A DNA stretch of 64,000 bases from an uncultured Clostridia bacterium (GCA_937894775.1 CALAXC010000044.1:2532-66531); one strand, 5' to 3'. Counted from the first letter of the stretch, positions 19,010 to 29,189 are shown. The notes: generated by a model from the letters alone, not told the origin. Numbers and translations: made by a program.

Positions 19010-19749
19010 TTATTATTATCCTTTTCTTTTTTAAACATATTTTTTATACGTTCTATCTCATCCTGATCCATATCTGCTTTTGCATCCTCCAAGGATTCAA
19101 GCTCCGAGATCTCCTCTTCAATATTCTTTTTATCTTTCTTGAATATATCGACACCGAACTTTTTTTCCATTATTGCAGAAACAGCAGAAAATACACCGCA
19201 AGCCACCAACAGGATCGCTCCAACCCAACAAGCATCGGGAGCTTCCAATACGGGAACTACGTGTTCGGAATAAACACTACCGTATATCGGTCGCATACAA
19301 TACGGAAATACAGCAATAGCAAGTCCTGCAAGATTACAGATAAAAAGGACTATTCTGTTGGGACAAAACGCAATAAACAAACGTCTTCCCTTTTCCGCAC
19401 TATCCTCATCATCGCTCAAAAAGCATCTGAAGGCAACAACAGCTGACCATATTGCCATAACAAGCGCAAAAACATAGAGCACCGCAAAAGCTATGATCAA
19501 CGCAAATACGATCCTCGCAAAAATAAGATCAGGGCTTTTCTGTTCTTCTGTTCCAAACAAGATGCTTCTCACCTGTTCCCAAGAATTAGATATCAATGTT
19601 GCTGTTGAAAGCTGTTCTCCTGCTTTTCCTGAAAAAATAAATCTATATGACGGAACAAAAAGCATTGAAAAAATAATGATAAGAGCTATTATCGGTAACA
19701 AATAACGTATATATATCAAATATTTTTTTGCATTTTCATTTATTTTCAT
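19006..19749 (-). CDS. membrane protein (about 4 TM) with acidic C-terminal tail, unknown function
   Basis: ORF with four hydrophobic segments. Its stop overlaps the pcrA start (ATGA). The start is uncertain: ATG at 19749 or GTG at 19758, with a weak RBS. Confidence 0.55.
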   Translation of the reverse strand: MKINENAKKYLIYIRYLLPIIALIIIFSMLFVPSYRFIFSGKAGEQLSTATLISNSWEQVRSILFGTEEQKSPDLIFARIVFALIIAFAVLYVFALVMAIWSAVVAFRCFLSDDEDSAEKGRRLFIAFCPNRIVLFICNLAGLAIAVFPYCMRPIYGSVYSEHVVPVLEAPDACWVGAILLVACGVFSAVSAIMEKKFGVDIFKKDKKNIEEEISELESLEDAKADMDQDEIERIKNMFKKEKDNNK

Positions 19750-19789
19750 ATCTATCACTTATGTCTAAAATAAAGTTCAAAATTTAAAC

Positions 19790-20377
19790 TCAATTTTTAT
19801 CAACGCTTCCTTCAATATAATAAGACGCTTCCATATCGGAAATACAAAGCGCAAAAGCAAGAGGAAACATCTCAAGCGCCTTTCCTACCTGATTTGCATC
19901 CTCAGGTCCCGAAAAGCCCATATGGTATCTAATAGCAAACGCTTCTTCTCTTGTAAGCTTCATAAATCCCGAAATAATATATACCGATTTTTCACCGTGT
20001 CCGTACGGAAGATTATCTTCTATCGTATAATACGGTACGGGCATCCACACGCCGTCCTTTTTTACGTTTCTCATTTCGGTCTTATAAAAATTCGTTTTGC
20101 AAACATCGTGCAGGAGCGAAACTATGGCAAGACTTTCTTCGCTGAACTCAAATCCGTATTTTTTGCAGAACTTAGAATGTTTTACATAGTCACAAATACA
20201 TTCATAAACGTTAAGGCTATGCTCCAAGAGTCCGCCTTCATATGCTCCGTGAAAGCGGGTACTTGCAGGAGCCGTAAAAAAGTCGGTCTTTTCTATCAGA
20301 TAATCAAGAAATTTATCCGCACCCTCTCTTGTAACCGTTGATTTGTATATTTCTATAAATTTTTCTTTGTTATTCAT
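19790..20377 (-). CDS. HD-domain phosphohydrolase
   Basis: H...HD pattern (FHGAYEGGLLEHSLNV ... LLHDVCK). The start is uncertain: ATG at 20377 or TTG at 20386. Confidence 0.7.
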   Translation of the reverse strand: MNNKEKFIEIYKSTVTREGADKFLDYLIEKTDFFTAPASTRFHGAYEGGLLEHSLNVYECICDYVKHSKFCKKYGFEFSEESLAIVSLLHDVCKTNFYKTEMRNVKKDGVWMPVPYYTIEDNLPYGHGEKSVYIISGFMKLTREEAFAIRYHMGFSGPEDANQVGKALEMFPLAFALCISDMEASYYIEGSVDKN

Positions 20378-20404
20378 TTTATCCAATTATCTCCACTCGA
20401 TTTT

Positions 20405-22606
20405 TTATTCAACAGATACTCTCGCTCTGTTGCTCTTCAAATGCTTTACTACCACGTATACTACCGATGTCGCAGCGATAACCAACGGAATAATAACAGC
20501 AAAGACCACTACTATCTTAGCAACATCACCGCCATCAGCACGGTAAACGCTTTTATCGTAAAGCTTTGGCGGATTCGAAGTAAGTCCCGAATCAAATGCA
20601 TCGAACATCCAGGAAAGCGTACTGCTTACGCAAAGCGAAGTTCTTTCAAGCACCTCTTCTTCAATTCCGTTATTATTATCATTAAACGTAACCGCGCCCG
20701 TAAAAAGTGTTAAACGGATCTTGTCACCCTCGCTGACCGAGATCGCTACCGTCTGCTCGGTTGCATTCTCTCCTTCTCCGCTCTTATAAGTAAGCATAGG
20801 CGTATAGGTATACTGTGTTTTTTGTGTGTCGGAAGCTATATTGCTTACGTCTTTGACTGTAACCTCAGAAGCAGACAGTGTTTCAAACGCAGGATGCTCT
20901 TTATTCAATGATACGTCAACTATAGTTTTATCATCCTTGCTAATGATCTCATCCGAAACCGAAAGTCCGTAATAACTAAGAAGCGACGAAATATTAGGCA
21001 TAGATATATTAGCTTTATCTATAAGAACATAAAGCTTTCCGCCTGCGTCGGCAAATTCTTCTATAGCTTTGATCTCAGCCTCACTGTAATCGCTGTCGGG
21101 TGCATTTATCATCAATATATCGGCATCCTTCGGGACCTTACCTTCTTTTGAAAGATCGTATGAATTAGATATATTTCCCTTTTCTCCGTGTCCCGTAAGT
21201 GAATAAACGGTGGGTATCTTCTCTGCCGTAACATAAGCTACAGCATCTGCGATCACATCTCCGACCTGAATACATACCGCTGTTTCTGACTGTATCGAAT
21301 TAGCTATCGCAAGACAGCTGTCGAGAAACTTTTTCATATCATCGCTAAGCTTATCATACGAAGAATAATAGGTATTCAGATACTTCAACGCATAAGAATA
21401 TCTGTACTGAAGTTCCTCCATTGTAAGATATCCCATAGTCTTATTATAATAAACAAAATAATTATCAGGGCTTATAAATCTCCATCTTTTTTCACTTTTT
21501 ACTATCATAGAATACGCAAGAAGATCGGAATTTACGCTATCAAGCCCGTATTCCTCCAAAAACTCCTTTGATTCACGCGAATTGACAGTTTCGATCTTAA
21601 TATTCTTCCCCGATTCAAGTGTACGGAGTATGACGTTATACAGATCTTCCTGATTAGAATAGGGATCTATGATATAAACAGTTATAGGTTCATCGACCGA
21701 AGAAAGATATTTTTCGGTTGAATCGGCAACCGTATAAAGCTTATTGGCATTCACGTCTATCTGCCGTAAGCTGTACGGTAAAAGCATCGGCAAAAAGCCA
21801 ACAGTAACAAGAAGAAGCGCGCCTATCGCCGCAACACATTTTTTCTTTGCGTTTTTCAATTTTTTTACTCGTTTTCTACTCTTTTTGTAAAACAAAAGCG
21901 CGACCGTCAAAAATATCACAATAGAAAGCGCGAAGAACAAAAGCGACATCCAGTCAAAAAGCTCAAAAACTATATAATCAAACTTTTTAAAAATAGAAAG
22001 TTCCTTCAATATCCCTGCAACCACTTTGTCAAATCCCGTTCCGAACGGTAAAAGTCTTACAAGTGGAGAAAGTATTCCAAAAAGGAAGCTTACAACGATA
22101 GCAGAATAAGAAATTATCATCGCAGATAAGGTTTTTCCCGTTACCGAAGAAAGCATCAGAGAAAGCGATATAATAAAGATTTCAAAGACGGCAAGCATTC
22201 CGAGCGATATGAAGGAATGAACATAATTCACAGTTGCAAATCCCGAAAGTATCATCGGAAATGATGCCATTATCAAGCAAGGAATAAGAAAAAACGCCGA
22301 CAAAGAAATGAATTTTGAAAAAACTATTTCACACCTTGATATCGGCAAGCTATTAAGATAGTCCGCCGTTTGATTTTTATATTCCTTACTTATCGAGGCA
22401 GAAGCGACCGCAGGAATAATGACAGCGGTCAGTAAAGACATTACCGAAATAACATTTTCAAATCCCGCATAGCTTCCCTGCGTTCTGCTGAGTGTAAGAT
22501 AAACAGCTAAAATTACGGCAGGAGCGATATTCAAGACCGAGATCGCGGCAAGTGAAACGGGATCGCAAAACAAAGCTCTGAGCTCTTTTTTTATTAAAGT
22601 AAACAT
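20405..22606 (-). CDS. ABC-2-type permease fused to GldG-like extracytoplasmic auxiliary domain
   Basis: 733 aa. About 6 N-terminal TM helices, a large soluble domain, and a C-terminal TM anchor (IVVVFAVIIPLVIAATSVVYVVV). The start overlaps the ATPase stop (TAATG). Confidence 0.65.
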   Translation of the reverse strand: MFTLIKKELRALFCDPVSLAAISVLNIAPAVILAVYLTLSRTQGSYAGFENVISVMSLLTAVIIPAVASASISKEYKNQTADYLNSLPISRCEIVFSKFISLSAFFLIPCLIMASFPMILSGFATVNYVHSFISLGMLAVFEIFIISLSLMLSSVTGKTLSAMIISYSAIVVSFLFGILSPLVRLLPFGTGFDKVVAGILKELSIFKKFDYIVFELFDWMSLLFFALSIVIFLTVALLFYKKSRKRVKKLKNAKKKCVAAIGALLLVTVGFLPMLLPYSLRQIDVNANKLYTVADSTEKYLSSVDEPITVYIIDPYSNQEDLYNVILRTLESGKNIKIETVNSRESKEFLEEYGLDSVNSDLLAYSMIVKSEKRWRFISPDNYFVYYNKTMGYLTMEELQYRYSYALKYLNTYYSSYDKLSDDMKKFLDSCLAIANSIQSETAVCIQVGDVIADAVAYVTAEKIPTVYSLTGHGEKGNISNSYDLSKEGKVPKDADILMINAPDSDYSEAEIKAIEEFADAGGKLYVLIDKANISMPNISSLLSYYGLSVSDEIISKDDKTIVDVSLNKEHPAFETLSASEVTVKDVSNIASDTQKTQYTYTPMLTYKSGEGENATEQTVAISVSEGDKIRLTLFTGAVTFNDNNNGIEEEVLERTSLCVSSTLSWMFDAFDSGLTSNPPKLYDKSVYRADGGDVAKIVVVFAVIIPLVIAATSVVYVVVKHLKSNRARVSVE

Positions 22607-23349
22607 TACTTATCCCCCTTTCTTGCAGAGGATGACGAAAACGCCTCAAAGGTTTTCAAAAGTGCACCCTTTTCTTCACCGAATTTTTCTTTTATTTCTT
22701 CAAGTGTAGACCAAAGAACAATTTTTCCTTCGGAAAGAATGGCTATATTTTCAGCAAGAGCTTCAGCCTCAACGCATTTATCGGTAAAAAGCAGCACTGT
22801 CTTGAATTCTCCGAGCATAGCTACCGTATTTCGTATAAGCTCCGCATCCTCCGCACTTACCTTTGACGTTGGATCGTCAAGTATAAGCATAGAGGGATTT
22901 CCGACGAGTGCATTTGCAAAAGCAAGACGTTTCTTTTCCGAAAGAGTGAGATGCTTTACAAGGACTTCGCTTTTTTCGGAAAGTGCCAGAAGCTCAAAAG
23001 CTTCCTTTATCTGACGAAAACGTTTATCGGGATCCACCTTTTTCAAACGTCCCGTAAAATCAAGGATCTCAAAAGCCGTCATATCGGGATAAAAGAAAAT
23101 ATTTTCGGGAACATACCCTATTTTTGCCTTTGCAGACTTACCCTGCCGAGAGTTTTTATAGATGTCAACATCACGAAAAACGACCTTTCCGCCATCGGCT
23201 TCGGAAGCACCCGCAAGTATTTCCGCAAGTGTAGACTTACCCGATGCCGCCTTTCCCAAAAAAGCATAAACACCCTTTTCATCTATTGAAAACGAAACTT
23301 CTTCGATAACGTTATCTTTTTTTAAGTTCGTTACTTCAAGTATACTCAT
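22606..23349 (-). CDS. ABC transporter ATP-binding protein with non-canonical signature, Walker B and H-loop
   Basis: Walker A is GKAASGKST. The signature region is LTLSEKKRL and Walker B is MLILDDP. No His is present at the H-loop position (LLFTDK). Confidence 0.8.
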   Translation of the reverse strand: MSILEVTNLKKDNVIEEVSFSIDEKGVYAFLGKAASGKSTLAEILAGASEADGGKVVFRDVDIYKNSRQGKSAKAKIGYVPENIFFYPDMTAFEILDFTGRLKKVDPDKRFRQIKEAFELLALSEKSEVLVKHLTLSEKKRLAFANALVGNPSMLILDDPTSKVSAEDAELIRNTVAMLGEFKTVLLFTDKCVEAEALAENIAILSEGKIVLWSTLEEIKEKFGEEKGALLKTFEAFSSSSARKGDK

Positions 23350-23367
23350 TTATTTTTATTCTCCTTT

Positions 23368-24909
23368 TTACTCTAATGCGAGCATTTGTTCCTTTTTCTG
23401 TTCCCTTATCAGCTTTCGAACCGTTATCACAATAAATACCACATGTACCGCAGAAGAAAGTATCCAGCTTACGGGATAAGCAAAAAACAAGCTTTCCGGT
23501 GTTCTGAAATATGCAAAAACAGTATTTATCCAAAGGATCCTCAATCCACAAGAAAAGGTAAGTGAAATAACCATCGAAGTCATCGAACGGTTTAATGCGC
23601 GTAAAGCGCCGCAAAGAGTATCCATTATACCACAAAGAAAGTAAGTAGGAATTATTATAGAAAATCTCGTTATGGCTGCGGCATGCGCGATCACATCATC
23701 GGTTATATACAAACTGAGAAGCTGATTTCTTAAGAGCAACATTACAGTTGCCATAGATATTCCTATAAATGACACCGCCGCAACACTGTATAACGTAAGC
23801 TTTTTTACATTTTTATATTTCTTTGCACCAACATTCTGACCTACAAAAGTAAGCGACACAGAATATATTGAATTCATCGCAATATATGGAAAATTCTCAA
23901 GATTCGAAGATGCCGCAAAGCCGTTTATTATATGTCCGTTAGCACCTGCCGCCAGATCAATACTGTTCATCGATGCCTGTATAAGAGTATTTGAAAAAGA
24001 GAAGAGTGATCCCTGAATTCCTGATGGGATTCCTATGTACAGCATTCGCTTTAATTTTTTAAAATCCATCTTAAGATTTTTAAAGGAAAAATGCAACATT
24101 CCTTTTATTTTCATAAGATATATCATAGCCATAGTAGCCGAAGCATACTGCGAGGTGATCGTTGCTATAGCTACTCCGTCAACATCCATTTTGAAAACCG
24201 TAACAAGAACAACATTCAAAATAACATTCAGGAGTCCCGAAATCGACAAAAAGATAAGCGGATGCTTGGAATCTCCCGCAGAACGCAACATAGATGCGAT
24301 ATAATTATAAAGCAACGATCCCGGTGTTCCGATAAATATTATCTTCATATAAAGTGTTGCATACGGCAAAAGTTCAGGCGAGGTATCCATCGCTTTAAGG
24401 AATGTTTCGGCGAGGAAAAACCCTGCTACCGCAAGTATAACACCAAGAATTAAAGACAAAAGGATAGAGGTATGCAAGACTGTGTTAACATCCTTTTCCT
24501 TCTTTGCTCCGACGTAATGAGCTACAAGAACTCCCGCACCTACGGAAAGTCCCATAAAAAGTCCCAGCACGAGATTTGTAAGTGCCGATGTACAGCCTAT
24601 TGCGCCAACTAAAGGTGCATCAGATTCGGCAAACAAATTTACAACTATAAGATCGGCTGCGTTATAAAAGCTCTGTAAAAAGCCCGTTAATATAAGCGGA
24701 ATTGCAAAAAGGATCATTTTTTTCAAAAAAGGTCCTTCGGTCATATCCGCATTATTCTTTTTAGATCTATTATTAAAGCTTGGATCCTCTGAAGATCTGA
24801 TATTCTCTTCGTCAGATTCAACAGTCATACTATTTTCCGTGTTCTGCTTGTTTTTCATAAATTGATATATTGCCTCCGGTATCGCAAAAGAACAAGATAA
24901 AAATCCCAT
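23368..24909 (-). CDS. MATE-family efflux transporter
   Basis: About 12 TM helices with the MATE N-terminal motif (ILFAIPLILTGFLQSFYNAADLIVV). The start is uncertain; M at 24858 has GGAGG 14 nt upstream. Confidence 0.85.
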   Translation of the reverse strand: MGFLSCSFAIPEAIYQFMKNKQNTENSMTVESDEENIRSSEDPSFNNRSKKNNADMTEGPFLKKMILFAIPLILTGFLQSFYNAADLIVVNLFAESDAPLVGAIGCTSALTNLVLGLFMGLSVGAGVLVAHYVGAKKEKDVNTVLHTSILLSLILGVILAVAGFFLAETFLKAMDTSPELLPYATLYMKIIFIGTPGSLLYNYIASMLRSAGDSKHPLIFLSISGLLNVILNVVLVTVFKMDVDGVAIATITSQYASATMAMIYLMKIKGMLHFSFKNLKMDFKKLKRMLYIGIPSGIQGSLFSFSNTLIQASMNSIDLAAGANGHIINGFAASSNLENFPYIAMNSIYSVSLTFVGQNVGAKKYKNVKKLTLYSVAAVSFIGISMATVMLLLRNQLLSLYITDDVIAHAAAITRFSIIIPTYFLCGIMDTLCGALRALNRSMTSMVISLTFSCGLRILWINTVFAYFRTPESLFFAYPVSWILSSAVHVVFIVITVRKLIREQKKEQMLALE

Positions 24910-24991
24910 CCCAATATAAATTATACCATAAAAAAGTTTAAAGTCAATAATTATATACTAAAGATTTATATATATTTAATTACAGTTGTGA

Positions 24992-25020
24992 TTGACAAAG
25001 AAATTTATATGTGATATAAT
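24992..25020 (+). promoter_or_regulatory. consensus SigA promoter of hisS
   Basis: TTGACA (24992-24997), 17 nt, TATAAT (25015-25020). Confidence 0.7.
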
Positions 25021-25062
25021 GTAATGGAATATGTATTTTTTTATTATCGAAAGGATGTTTAT

Positions 25063-26361
25063 ATGTGCGCTCAACTTTTATCTACTCAGCCCTATAAAGG
25101 TACACGAGATTTTTATCCCGAGGATATGCAGCTTCGAAATTGGTTTTTCGGTCGCATAAGCGATACACTTCGTCTTGCCTCGTTTGAAGAATATAACGCT
25201 CCTATGCTTGAATCTCTTGATATATATATTGCAAAAAGCGGAGAGGAGATAGCCAAGGAGCAGACCTATAATTTTACCGACAGAGGTGGAAGAATGCTTG
25301 CCATCCGTCCTGAAATGACTCCTTCGGTCGCAAGAATGGTTGCTTCTAAAATGGCAGAGCTCAACTATCCGTTAAAATGGTTCTCTATTCCCAATATGTA
25401 CCGTTACGAGCGTCCCCAGCGCGGCAGACTCCGTGAATTCTGGCAGCTCAACGTAGATATATTCGGTTGCGATACTTACGAAGCCGATCTTGACGTTATA
25501 GAAAGCGCTATACTCGTTCTTCGTGCATTCAATGCCGATGAAACTATGTTCAAGGTCCATATAAACAACCGCCGTTTCTTTAACGATGTTATTGCCGCTA
25601 TATGCAAAACCGACAGCGAAACATCAAAAAAGGTATCTAAAATAGTAGACAAGCGTAACAAGATAAGCAGAGAAGCTTATGAAAAAGACCTTTTTGAGCT
25701 CGGTCTTGACAGCGCTCAGATAGAAAAAATAGATGCGCTCTACACTATGAACGTAAAAGAGGCCTGTGCTCTCTGCCCCGATTCGGTTGGTGCGGGAGAA
25801 TTGCTCTCACTTTTCGATATGCTTGAAAAAACCGATCTTCTCAAATACTGTGTATTCGATTTCGGTATAATCAGAGGACTTGACTATTATACAGGAACAG
25901 TTTTTGAAGTGTTTGACGAATCCCCCGAAAATAACAGAGCTATGTTCGGTGGCGGAAGATATGACAATCTTGTGGGAATGTTTGCTAAAAATGCAAAGAT
26001 CTCGGGCGTTGGATACGGAATGGGCGATGTTACGCTTGAAAACTTCCTCGTAACTCACGGTCTTATTCCCGATCTTTACGCATCCGACATAAAGGTTCTC
26101 GTTGCAAAATTCGATGACGTTCCTTACGAAAACTATATAAGCGCGGTTGCAGAGCTTCGAAATGCGGGAATCACAACTTCTCTCTATCTTGGAACGAAAA
26201 AATTTGGAAAACAAATAGATTATGCTGTTAAAAGCCATTACAGTCACGTTCTTATAATCGGAGGTAGTGAGCTTGAAGCAGGAATCGCCAAGGTCAAGGA
26301 TCTCAGAACACGTGAAGAAAAAACCGTTGCTCTCTGCGATCTTGCATCGGCTTTTAAATAA
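25063..26361 (+). CDS. hisS: histidine--tRNA ligase
   Basis: Class II motifs (RPEMTPSVARM, YRYERPQRGRLREFWQ, GGGRYDNL) plus a C-terminal anticodon-binding domain. Start placed at MCAQ with an AAAGGA RBS. Confidence 0.88.
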   Translation: MCAQLLSTQPYKGTRDFYPEDMQLRNWFFGRISDTLRLASFEEYNAPMLESLDIYIAKSGEEIAKEQTYNFTDRGGRMLAIRPEMTPSVARMVASKMAELNYPLKWFSIPNMYRYERPQRGRLREFWQLNVDIFGCDTYEADLDVIESAILVLRAFNADETMFKVHINNRRFFNDVIAAICKTDSETSKKVSKIVDKRNKISREAYEKDLFELGLDSAQIEKIDALYTMNVKEACALCPDSVGAGELLSLFDMLEKTDLLKYCVFDFGIIRGLDYYTGTVFEVFDESPENNRAMFGGGRYDNLVGMFAKNAKISGVGYGMGDVTLENFLVTHGLIPDLYASDIKVLVAKFDDVPYENYISAVAELRNAGITTSLYLGTKKFGKQIDYAVKSHYSHVLIIGGSELEAGIAKVKDLRTREEKTVALCDLASAFK

Positions 26362-26387
26362 TTACACACGATCACAGAGGAACGAAT

Positions 26388-26939
26388 ATGATATATATAC
26401 TTTTAGCAGACGGATTTGAAGAGATTGAAGCTCTCTGCCCTCTTGATATTTTAAGACGCGCAGGTCTTTCGGTCTTGACCGTAGGTATTGACAAGCAAGA
26501 GATCGAAGGCGCTCACGGAATAACCGTAAAAGCCGATATTTCCTCAAAGGATCTGCCTATCGATTCAATAGACAAAATTGATGCTTTGATCTTACCGGGC
26601 GGTATGCCAGGAACTAAAAATTTGGATAACAGCCAATTTGTTCACGCTATGATAGATTCAGCTATCGCGAATGATTCTTACATTGCCGCGATATGTGCAG
26701 CTCCTATGATTCTCGGCAAACGCGGAATGCTCAAAGGGCGTTTCGCGGTATGTTATCCCGGATTTGAAGAATATCTCATTGACGCAAACATTCCGAACGG
26801 TAAAAAAGTAGTAATTGACCGAAAGATCATAACCGCAAAAGGAATGGGCGTTGCCGACGAATTTGGATTTACCCTTGTTGAACTTCTCTGCTCCGAAGAA
26901 AAAGCTTTATCCATACGAAAAGCAACAATATCTGACTGA
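26388..26939 (+). CDS. DJ-1/PfpI-family protein
   Basis: 183 aa. ADGFEEIE, LPGG, and the nucleophile elbow AAICAAP. Confidence 0.85.
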   Translation: MIYILLADGFEEIEALCPLDILRRAGLSVLTVGIDKQEIEGAHGITVKADISSKDLPIDSIDKIDALILPGGMPGTKNLDNSQFVHAMIDSAIANDSYIAAICAAPMILGKRGMLKGRFAVCYPGFEEYLIDANIPNGKKVVIDRKIITAKGMGVADEFGFTLVELLCSEEKALSIRKATISD

Positions 26940-26940
26940 T

Positions 26941-27525
26941 ATGCAACAGAAGTTTTTTGACAAAAAAGAGGCGCGCAAATATCTCAGTGAGCTGAGAAAC
27001 TCTTTAACAGAAAGTCAAAGAAAAGAAAAAAGCGAGAAAATTTGCGACAGAATAATTGCTTCTGACGAATTTTCACGCTGCAAGCTTTTACTTGTCTATT
27101 ACCCTATAAAAAGTGAAGTCAACATTCTTCCGCTCATACAAAAAGCATTTGAGCTTGGAAAGGAAATAGCCTTCCCTATTTCAAAAAAAAGCTCTTATCA
27201 ACTTGATTTCCGCAAGGTAAACTCCTTGCAGGAGCTATCGGTCGGAGCTTACGGAATATGCGAGCCTTATGAAAGTGCTCCTCTTCCCGCCCTTCCAATA
27301 AAAAAAGAAGAAGCTCTTTGCATCGTTCCCGCTCTCGCACTTGACAAAAACGGAGGCCGACTTGGATACGGCAAAGGCTTTTACGACAGATTTTTAAAAA
27401 ATTTTAACGGAATCTCCTTGGGGGTTGTATTCAACGAGCTTTTATGCGACTATTTACCAACCGAACCCACTGATATACCGTTAGATATTATTATTACCGA
27501 TACAGGAAGTGTAACGATAAAATGA
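26941..27525 (+). CDS. 5-formyltetrahydrofolate cyclo-ligase
   Basis: KKEARKY...R, VPALALDKNGGRLGYGKGFYDR. The ATG follows the DJ-1 stop immediately. Confidence 0.85.
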   Translation: MQQKFFDKKEARKYLSELRNSLTESQRKEKSEKICDRIIASDEFSRCKLLLVYYPIKSEVNILPLIQKAFELGKEIAFPISKKSSYQLDFRKVNSLQELSVGAYGICEPYESAPLPALPIKKEEALCIVPALALDKNGGRLGYGKGFYDRFLKNFNGISLGVVFNELLCDYLPTEPTDIPLDIIITDTGSVTIK

Positions 27526-28517
27526 AACACCGTTTTAACCCTGCGTCAGACACACCGCAAAATGCAGAAGCTTCAACAAAAGCGCCGAAAAAATCGAAGA
27601 TAAAGATAATAACGCCTACACTTCTCGTTTTTTCCACTTATGCTCTTTTGCTTTTTTCAAAGATCGTTGATCTGACACTATTAAACAGAGAAAATGAATA
27701 TTATACGGTAGTTATCCTTCAGCTTATGATATTTTTGCTTCCGGGTGCTATCTGGTGCAAATACCGAGGTGAGGGATACGTAAAACGTTTACGTATGCGA
27801 CTGCCAAAGCCAAGCTCATTTTTGATTATCCTAAGCGGAACCTTACTTATGATATCGGGCGGACTTCTGCTGAGTGTATTGCTTGGCGGTCTTGAATCGC
27901 TTTCGCAGAATTTTTCACTTTACGATACCTTTATATCAAAAACCGACGGAAGTATTCCGTCAAATATATATCTTCTCATAGCTTATGCCATAATTCCCGC
28001 TATCTGCGAAGAATTTATATTCAGAGGTATTCTGTGTCATGAATACGAAACAGGCGGAGTTGCAAGAGCTGTAGCATTTTCTTCTATTTTCTTTGCTATG
28101 CTCCACTTCAACCCGATAAATATTATGACCTATCTCTTATCGGGAATAATTCTCGCGCTTGTCCTTTACGCAACACGTTCACTCTTTGCCGCAATGATAA
28201 CGCATCTTCTCTATAACATTTTCGGTCTTTTCGGTCAAAGATATATGAATACGCTTTATAAAATAACGGGAAGCGAAACCTTTTTCGTATTTATTGTTGC
28301 ATTTATATTCTTGCTTTCTGCTGCCCTCTTTTGCAGACAAGCCGCAAAGCTTTACAAAAAGCATCTTTATGACGGCGTTTCGTCAAATTACAGAAAGCCC
28401 GTCGCTAAAACTCCCGAAGAAATACGTGCATCCTATCTTGACGTAATACTTCAGCCCGCAACGATACTCTGTGTGATATTCTATATTGCGGCATCCATAA
28501 TTTATATGATAAGATAA
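27522..28517 (+). CDS. CPBP-family intramembrane glutamic endopeptidase
   Basis: EEFIFRG and FAMLHF motifs, multi-TM. ATGA overlap with the upstream gene. Confidence 0.8.
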   Translation: MKHRFNPASDTPQNAEASTKAPKKSKIKIITPTLLVFSTYALLLFSKIVDLTLLNRENEYYTVVILQLMIFLLPGAIWCKYRGEGYVKRLRMRLPKPSSFLIILSGTLLMISGGLLLSVLLGGLESLSQNFSLYDTFISKTDGSIPSNIYLLIAYAIIPAICEEFIFRGILCHEYETGGVARAVAFSSIFFAMLHFNPINIMTYLLSGIILALVLYATRSLFAAMITHLLYNIFGLFGQRYMNTLYKITGSETFFVFIVAFIFLLSAALFCRQAAKLYKKHLYDGVSSNYRKPVAKTPEEIRASYLDVILQPATILCVIFYIAASIIYMIR

Positions 28518-28588
28518 TTTTTAAAAATGAATAAACAGCTCCTTTTTGTCAAATGATTATTACGACAACGAAAGGAGCTGTTTTTATT

Positions 28589-29185
28589 ATGAAAAAAAGA
28601 TTTATTGGTTTATTTCTTTCCGTTATTTTTTTGATTGGAATACTTACCGTTCTGCCGATTCACGGAGAAAGCGAAATATACACTAACGTGCTTCGTCTTC
28701 ATATTTTGGCAAACTCCGATTCCGAAGAAGATCAGTCCTTGAAATTAAAAGTACGCGATGCCGTTCTCGAAAAAAGCTCTGCGCTTTTAAAAAATATCCC
28801 CACGCGCGAAGCCGCCGAAAAGATAATATCGCAAAACCTTTATATTTTAAAAAAAGCCGCACTTGATACCATTATATCAGAGGGATATGACTATCCCGTA
28901 TCTATCGAGCTTAGCGAGGAAGAATATCCTACCAAGAATTATGAAAGCTGTTCTTTCCCTGCGGGAAGATATCTTTCACTGAGAATAAAGATCGGTGAAG
29001 CCAAAGGACAGAATTGGTGGTGTGTTCTCTTCCCTCCGCTCTGCCTATCCGCCGCAACCGACAAAGATGCTTTTACTTCCGTAGGGATCACAGACAATCA
29101 ATATCAAATAATTACCGAAAGCAATAAACCTAAATACAAGATCAAATTCAAAATTCTGGAAAGCTTTAGTGAAATAGTAAATTAA
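28589..29185 (+). CDS. spoIIR: stage II sporulation protein R
   Basis: Signal anchor, then VLRLHILANSDSEEDQ.LK..VRD and NWWCVLFPPLC. Confidence 0.88.
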   Translation: MKKRFIGLFLSVIFLIGILTVLPIHGESEIYTNVLRLHILANSDSEEDQSLKLKVRDAVLEKSSALLKNIPTREAAEKIISQNLYILKKAALDTIISEGYDYPVSIELSEEEYPTKNYESCSFPAGRYLSLRIKIGEAKGQNWWCVLFPPLCLSAATDKDAFTSVGITDNQYQIITESNKPKYKIKFKILESFSEIVN

Positions 29186-29189
29186 AAAT

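Noticed and set aside
16601-20386. UvrD-family helicase plus HD-domain protein as a possible helicase/nuclease defence module.
   Set aside because: The helicase has the full PcrA motif set and the PcrA C-terminal tail. It sits in a housekeeping context, and nothing suggests an island: no integrase, no flanking repeats, and no obvious compositional shift by eye.
23336-23635. 99-aa minus-strand ORF overlapping the 3' end of the MATE gene and the ABC ATPase start.
   Set aside because: It is an alternative frame of a well-supported transporter gene, with no independent signals.
26851-26940. ORF-track start of the 5-FCL gene overlapping the DJ-1 gene by 90 nt.
   Set aside because: The ATG at 26941 follows the DJ-1 stop immediately, and the 5-FCL-like sequence (KKEARKYL...) starts there.
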